Of a stretch of 64,000 nt of DNA, positions 58,376 through 64,000 are shown one piece after another (the stretch's first letter is position 1; each line of letters starts with the position of its first letter). Under the pieces are notes generated by a model. The model saw nothing but the letters and a program-made list of their open reading frames with translations. It did not search any database and had not been told where the DNA came from. This stretch comes from Protoeuglena noctilucae (Eukaryota), in NCBI GenBank assembly GCA_958009085.1, contig OY253673.1:868001-932000 (forward strand), in the 5' to 3' direction. Both the position numbers and the translations under genes were made by a program.

Positions 58376-61300
58376 ATGGGGTGGCTCAGGGGACTCCTCG
58401 GCAGGTGGGGAGGGGGGGTTCACTCCGCGCAAGGCCCGTGCGAGTCGATGGTGACCGCATCGCCGCGTCTGCGCATTCCATCGACGCCCTCACCCCACAT
58501 CGTGTCTGTTGCTCGCCAGGGCGGGGTCCTCCGGGTCCGGCGCGACGCGTGCGAGTCCAGCAGACGAAGACGACGCGCGGGTCCTCAAGAATGCCGGGGA
58601 AACGTTTCTGAAGGTACAGCGCGCCGCGCCGGATCGTCGACGGGATGCATAAGATTGCACGTACGTCGCTTTTGAGCGGGGAGACGTCGCTGCGTCGTCG
58701 TCAGGGCCCCGCTCACAGCCAGTGCTCCCGCCTGCGCGCGCAGAACAGAATTAGTCGCTTTCTCGAAATGACAGCCACCATGACGCCGAGTCAGAAGCGG
58801 CAGGTGCGGGGCTGCTAGCCACACGGCGTCGCGGCGTGCATTGGCTCGGCGTGCTCCCGCGACGGGGTCGTTCCCACCGCAAGAGGCGATGCTGGCCGTC
58901 CGCCCGTGCCTCCAGGTTGCCGAGAGGATCATCGCAGAGGCGGAGGGAGACGCGTGGTGCGTGGAGATCTTGGGAATTCTCGGCCACGACGTTGCCGAGC
59001 TCGATGCGGACATAATCAAGGCGCGGGGCTCCGCCGCGACACCGGGCTGCGCATTCGGGCGCAAATTCGTTGTTCTCATTATCCTCCGCTCCCGCGCGCG
59101 CAGGCGCCGCCAGAGGACCTCGGCGCCGCGCAGTCGTGGCACCCCGTGAGCACGTTCCTGATGAGCCAGGGGGAGGACTTGGCCGCGCGGCTGCTCCGGC
59201 GAGTCGTCGACCTCGTCCACCACTCCAGGCGAGTCTCGCGCGGCGGACGCGGCCGCAGAGCATACGACGCGGCGCATCCCAGGCCGCCCACCCGCGTCTC
59301 TGCACCGTCCGCAGCGATGCCAGCGTTTTCTTCCGGGCAGAGGGCGCCCTGGCCGCCATCACGGACTGCTGCAATGCCAAGGGACTCGGCAAGCCTCTGC
59401 AGGAGATGCTGCACCAGGTGCAGAGCACGTCGTGGGAGGCCACGCCCCGGGTCCAACCTGCCGCCCGCATCGCAACCCCGACTGGTGTACCCCCGCGCAT
59501 CCCCGCAGATTCTGGACATGGCGGCGCATCGCTTCCTCGACAAGCATGCCTTCAGCGCGGGGCGCCGGCCGTCGCTCCAGGCTGTGCCCAGTGCCGCCCC
59601 CAGCGCTGCGACCGGCCCAGAGGCGGGCTCAGAAGCGGGCGAGGGTTCGGGCGACTGGGTCGAGGCGGACAGCGAGGACGAGGCCGCGGGCGCGGGCGTG
59701 GGTGCGGGTGTCGCCGTGGACGCCGAGGGGACCGGCACCGCCCCAGCGAGCGAGGGTGCTGCGCCTGACGCAGCGCCTGACGCAGCACCTGACACAGCGC
59801 CTGACGCAGCGTCCGATGCGGCGTCCGATGCGTCCTGGTACGACGATGACGGCCCCCCGGCGCGGGACCCCTACCCGGTCATGGCACGCTTCCTCAAGTG
59901 AGCATCCAGAGCGGGCATCAAACGAGCGCGCCCGCGCACATGGTGGCTTGCAGCGTCTGTCGACCAGCAGCGGCATGACCGCGTGCGCGTCAATTGCCTG
60001 TTTCGCAGAATCATCTCGCCCCGCGTGGCCTCCATCGGCTTAGGGTACGCCTACTACCCTGGCTTCCCCCCTGGGACCGTGATTTTCAGCCTGGAGCGCG
60101 CCATCAACGTTTCGTTGGACACTGAGCTGACGCACCCTCGCATGGATGGCATCATCGGATTCCTCTTCCGGTGTCTCAGGTGCGGAGGGCCGTACTTCAG
60201 TCGTCGCCTCTGTGCTGTTGCCAGGCGAGCCTGGCTGTCGTGGCCTGTTGGCCTGGCAGGACCTTGGAACATCCGCCCCGCCCGCAGGTCCGAGCACAAC
60301 ATCCAGTCTCACGTGGCGAGCAATGCGGCATGCACGCTGACCCAGATCAGCCACACCCCCGGTGGCATGGGGCGCGTGGTGGGCCACCCTGACGCGCGCC
60401 GCCTGGGCCTGGCCCTCGCGGAGATCCTCAACCGGCCCGCGGACGACACGCGGAGCCTGTTTGTCGGCATCGTCTGCAAACTCGCCGCCACCATATCCGA
60501 GGCGAGTCGGCAGCTGTGACGGGTCGCACCTGCCGTGGCTGGCGCCAATTACGGACAACATCTCCGCCCTCCATCTCCGCAGACGGAGGAGGGCGCGGAG
60601 TGGCTGTTCCGCCTCCCGCGCAACATCCGCCGGGAATTCTTCCGCGGGATCTTCAAGCAGCTGCAGTCGGAGGACATGACGTGCCGCAGCGAAATCGCCC
60701 ACACCCTCTCCCAGCTGCTGCTCTTCACGGACCCAGACACGCCCGAGGTGCGCCTTGCAGATGCGATGCCGGGGAGTGGCCGGCGGTGCAGTGGTAGCGA
60801 TGGCGCAGTGGCGAAGGCAGGGTGCTGGGCTGGGTGCCCTGCACAGCGATGCGACCGCGGCTGCACGCAGGGCGAGCGACAGCGGGGCTTCATCTACGAT
60901 GCTGGCGAGGAGGCGAGGGCTGGGAGGATCTGCGCGGCGGTGCTGCGGGCCCCCAATGCCAACGCGGAGGGCCAGAGGGCGCGGAGCATCGCTCATTTGG
61001 ACAAGTACCACCGGGGGCTGTGCGCGAGCGAGGAGGTGGCTGTGTCCGTCACCGAGATGCTCCTGGACCGGCGGGGTGAGCGCGACTGCTCTTGGCCAGA
61101 TGTGATGTCTGCACCTGTCTTGCCCAATGGAGGGGAGGGCCAGGGAGGCGCGGTGGCACTGGGTGGAAGATGCGGCAGCGTTTCATCGCACCTCGTGCTG
61201 GCGTGGAGGACCTCTTTCTCGCCGCTTGCCTCCTTGCAGGGAGCACGATGCTGGCGCGTGAGGGCAACGCGGTGGTCGACGCGGCTTTCCTCATGATGGG

Positions 61301-64000
61301 TTCCGACTGCCTCGACAACTGCGCCGCGGGGTGCAACCTCGTCCTGCGTTTCTGCGAGAGCCGCGAGATATGGCCGCCCTTCCTGAGCCCCTCCACCGAG
61401 CGCATCCGCAAGATCCACGCGGCACTCTACTCCCAGTCCGCGCACCGCCACGCGCTCCCCGCGCTCAACCGGCTCCTGCAGAAGGGCTGGGTGGTGGCCT
61501 TCGTGGCCGATGACGAGTTCCCCGTCTTCGCTGCGATGCTCGCGTCGGAGCTGGAAGGGAGCCAGGCGCTGGGGCGGGAGGGCCGGGACGCCTCGCGGGG
61601 CGCGGGGCCCGCGGGTGTGGACAGCGGGGGCTCGGGCGGGGATGGCGAGGTCATCGCGAGCCCCAGCGGCGACGGGGAGGGCCTGGTGACGCGGCAGCCG
61701 TCGTTGGCGGGGCGCGACGGACTGTGGGGCTCGGCGGACCTGCAGCCCTTCCTCCGGCGGCCGACGCACGGCACGGACGGGGGGCCCGGGAGGGGCGGGA
61801 TTGCGGAGGTGACGCCGATGCGGCGGGTGTCGGGGGAGCGAGTGAGCGTGGAGGTCGGAGCGTCGGTCGGGGAGTCGAGCGGTGCGGCGTTGGGGGCGGG
61901 GGTGTCGGAAGGGCAGCCGGAGGGGGACTGGGCGAGCACGGGGGAGGGTGCGCTTATGACCGACGAAGGAGGCAGCGTGGGGAGCGCCGAGGTGACTTGG
62001 ACTACGGCTCGGTGGTTGTTAGTTACTTCATGTTGTCTCTCTATGGATCATGGGCCTATTGATTTGTGTGAAGCATAAGCAACTGCATTTGCCTCGTCCT
62101 CAGGACATGGACGAGTGGCTGTACGGTGCCAGCTGGGTGGCGGGCACGATCGCCACGCTGGCGGCGGGGAGCGAGGTGGCGGCGCGGACGTTCGTGGGCC
62201 TCCCGGACTTCTCATCCATGGCGCGGACCCTAGTGACGCTGATAAAGGTGCGGATAGAACAGTGACATGGTGTCGTGGGTGTTCCCGCTGGCATCTGTGT
62301 GCTTTCTGTGTAGAGGGTAGAGGTTGGCGCGAGCGTGTGAGAGCTGCGCGTGAGAGCGGTTCCGTCTGACCCGCGGCCGCCCCTGTGTTTGCGTCAGGTG
62401 GAGGAGGTGCAGAGTGCGGCGGCGGCCTGCCTGGGTATGCTGCACAAGTACGCCCCCGTCGTGGGGGAGCTGCTGCGGGAGGCGGTGGCGGAGAGGAGTG
62501 ACGGGGTGTCGCTGGGGCTGCTGGAGAGCGCAGGTGAAGAGAGTGGGGGCAGTGCGCTTGGTTTCTGTCCATTGCTCGTGCACGCGCCGTCTCTCGTGCC
62601 CTGAAGTGCTCTCACCCGTGTCAGGGCTTTCCCCTCCCGTGCTGCTCTGTCCTGGATATCTGAGCAACACTCACTGTCTCACCACCACCCGCGTGTCCCT
62701 GGGACCCTCGCAGGCATGGCCCTGGATGCTTTGGACGCCCAGCTGCGCTCACTGACCCTGGCGGAGAAGCGGACGTGGCTGTCCACACGCATCCAGCAGG
62801 AGCTCAAGCCATTCGCACCGGGGATCGCGCTGGAGGGCGTGATGGGTGAGGGCGCGGCACGCGTACATGTCAAAAGCCCATGAGCGGTGCTGGTGGTGGT
62901 GCGAGAGGGCGTCAGGTGGTGATCCAGATGTGGACCCTCAAAGGCTGCATGGTCCCTCACATATTGCAGGGCCTTGGACTCTCAAAACGCACACCCGCTC
63001 GCCCCGCGTGCAGGTCCCGCGAGCATCACGTGCGCCAGGGACCACGTGGCGGAGGGCCTGTGCCAGATGATGGTTGAGGGGCGCGGCCTGGCGCAGGACC
63101 TGAGGGGCGGCCTGGAGGTGGTCTTCGAGGGGGAGACGGGGCAGGGCGCCGCGGTGCTGCGGGAGTGGTTCGCCCTCATCGCCCAAGACCTGGCACGGCC
63201 GGAGCTGAACCTCCTCACCAGCCGCAACGGCGGGCAGAGCTTCCAGCCGGCCGGCTTTGCCTCGGACGCCGCCGACCCCGCTATCCTTGGTGAGAGAAGG
63301 GCGAGGTGCTTTGCACGGCGCTTTATGAGTGGGCAAGGGTGCACTGGTCATGCCTGCTTGCCTCACTCGCCTGTTGCGCATCCCCCCCACAACCGCTACC
63401 GAGCCCATTCGCCCTGGCTTTCTCAGCAATAGAGTACTCTGCCTGTACCGCAGACGTGTGGTATGAGATGCTGGGCCGTGCGGGGGGCGCAGCGCTTTTC
63501 CACGCCGTCCCCTTCAGCTGCACCCTCACGCACGGCACTCTGCGGTACCTCCTCGGTCGGGGCCCTTGTTTGGAGGATTTGAAGGAGGCCGACCCGGACA
63601 CTTACACCCACAAGGCGAGGGCACGAGGCTGCGTAGGGGAGGTGCTGGCCTGGCCTCCTGCAGAGCGCCACGGGTTGGCGGTGTAAAGGGCATTGGACTT
63701 GGGCATGCTGTCACGGCTTGGCCATGTAGGGGGCAGTTGCATGATGCATGGTTTCACGGCTGTATAGGGTTGTTGTCACCCGTACCCCCTTGTGTCATGT
63801 GCCCAGGTGCGCTATCTCCTGGACAACGCCATCGACGCCCTGTGCCTGGGGCTCACCTTCACGGACGTCGCTGACGATTCGGGGTTCTTCCGGGCACCGG
63901 GGGAGGAGGTGGAGCTGTGCGAGGGCGGGGCGAGCGTGGACGTCACAGGTGACACCGCAGCAAGTGCTTTGAGGCATTGCCATACGGGCTGTCAGTCGAT
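58376..64000 (+). CDS. Large HECT E3 ubiquitin ligase with long helical N-terminal region; 3' end runs off the window
   Basis: HECT N-lobe 'LEVVFEGETGQGAAVLREWFALI', 'LEDLKEADPDTYTHK|VRYLLDN', 'LGLTFT...VELCEGGASVDVT'. Upstream exons splice in frame from ATG 58376 (MGWLRGLLGR|AGSS...FLK|NRISRFLEMT...). Confidence 0.8.
59761..59833 (+). repeat. Coding 12-bp minisatellite (about 6 copies; APDA/ASDA)
   Basis: gcgcctgacgca gcgcctgacgca gcacctgacaca gcgcctgacgca gcgtccgatgcg gcgtccgatgcg. Confidence 0.85.

Noticed and set aside
1..64000. Hundreds of long overlapping ORFs in the six-frame track
   Set aside because: Expected at this GC content. Most are antisense or off-frame shadows of spliced genes, rich in Arg/Pro/Gly/Ala and without motifs.
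1..64000. Introner-like repeated introns, CRISPR arrays, transposons or viral insertions
   Set aside because: By eye, introns share only splice signals. No repeat-spacer array, transposase, reverse transcriptase or intron-poor low-GC block was seen, but an all-versus-all intron alignment would be needed to exclude introners.

Overview
A GC-rich, gene-dense stretch of eukaryotic nuclear DNA with short spliceosomal introns. It is almost certainly from a flagellated green alga: it has nuclear-encoded chloroplast ATP synthase b', AKR2, an OPR-RAP protein and SPINDLY alongside the ciliary/centriolar genes CEP44 and an MKKS/BBS6-like chaperonin. About 26 intron-containing genes can be reconstructed by hand. 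In order they are: MKKS-like, thioredoxin, RPL38, TOP1, two tandem kinases, METTL16/FIO1, a Zn-finger/UBA protein, RPS6, a coiled-coil/ankyrin protein, AKR2, a small conserved protein, atpG, an RRM protein, a cap1-type FtsJ methyltransferase, a SET protein, an unknown beta-rich protein, an ARID4-like protein, CEP44, a SEN1-like helicase, SPY, OPR-RAP, an unknown protein, a Nudix hydrolase, GOS1 and a HECT ligase. I saw no rRNA, tRNA, CRISPR array or clear transposon. The three most notable observations are: (1) the thioredoxin stop lies only 26 nt upstream of the MKKS-like ATG, and an acceptor in that gap would join thioredoxin exon 1 in frame to MKKS; (2) an unusually high number of GC-AG introns; (3) several atypical domain architectures. 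All gene models and family calls were made by eye from remembered motifs, so some boundaries are approximate.
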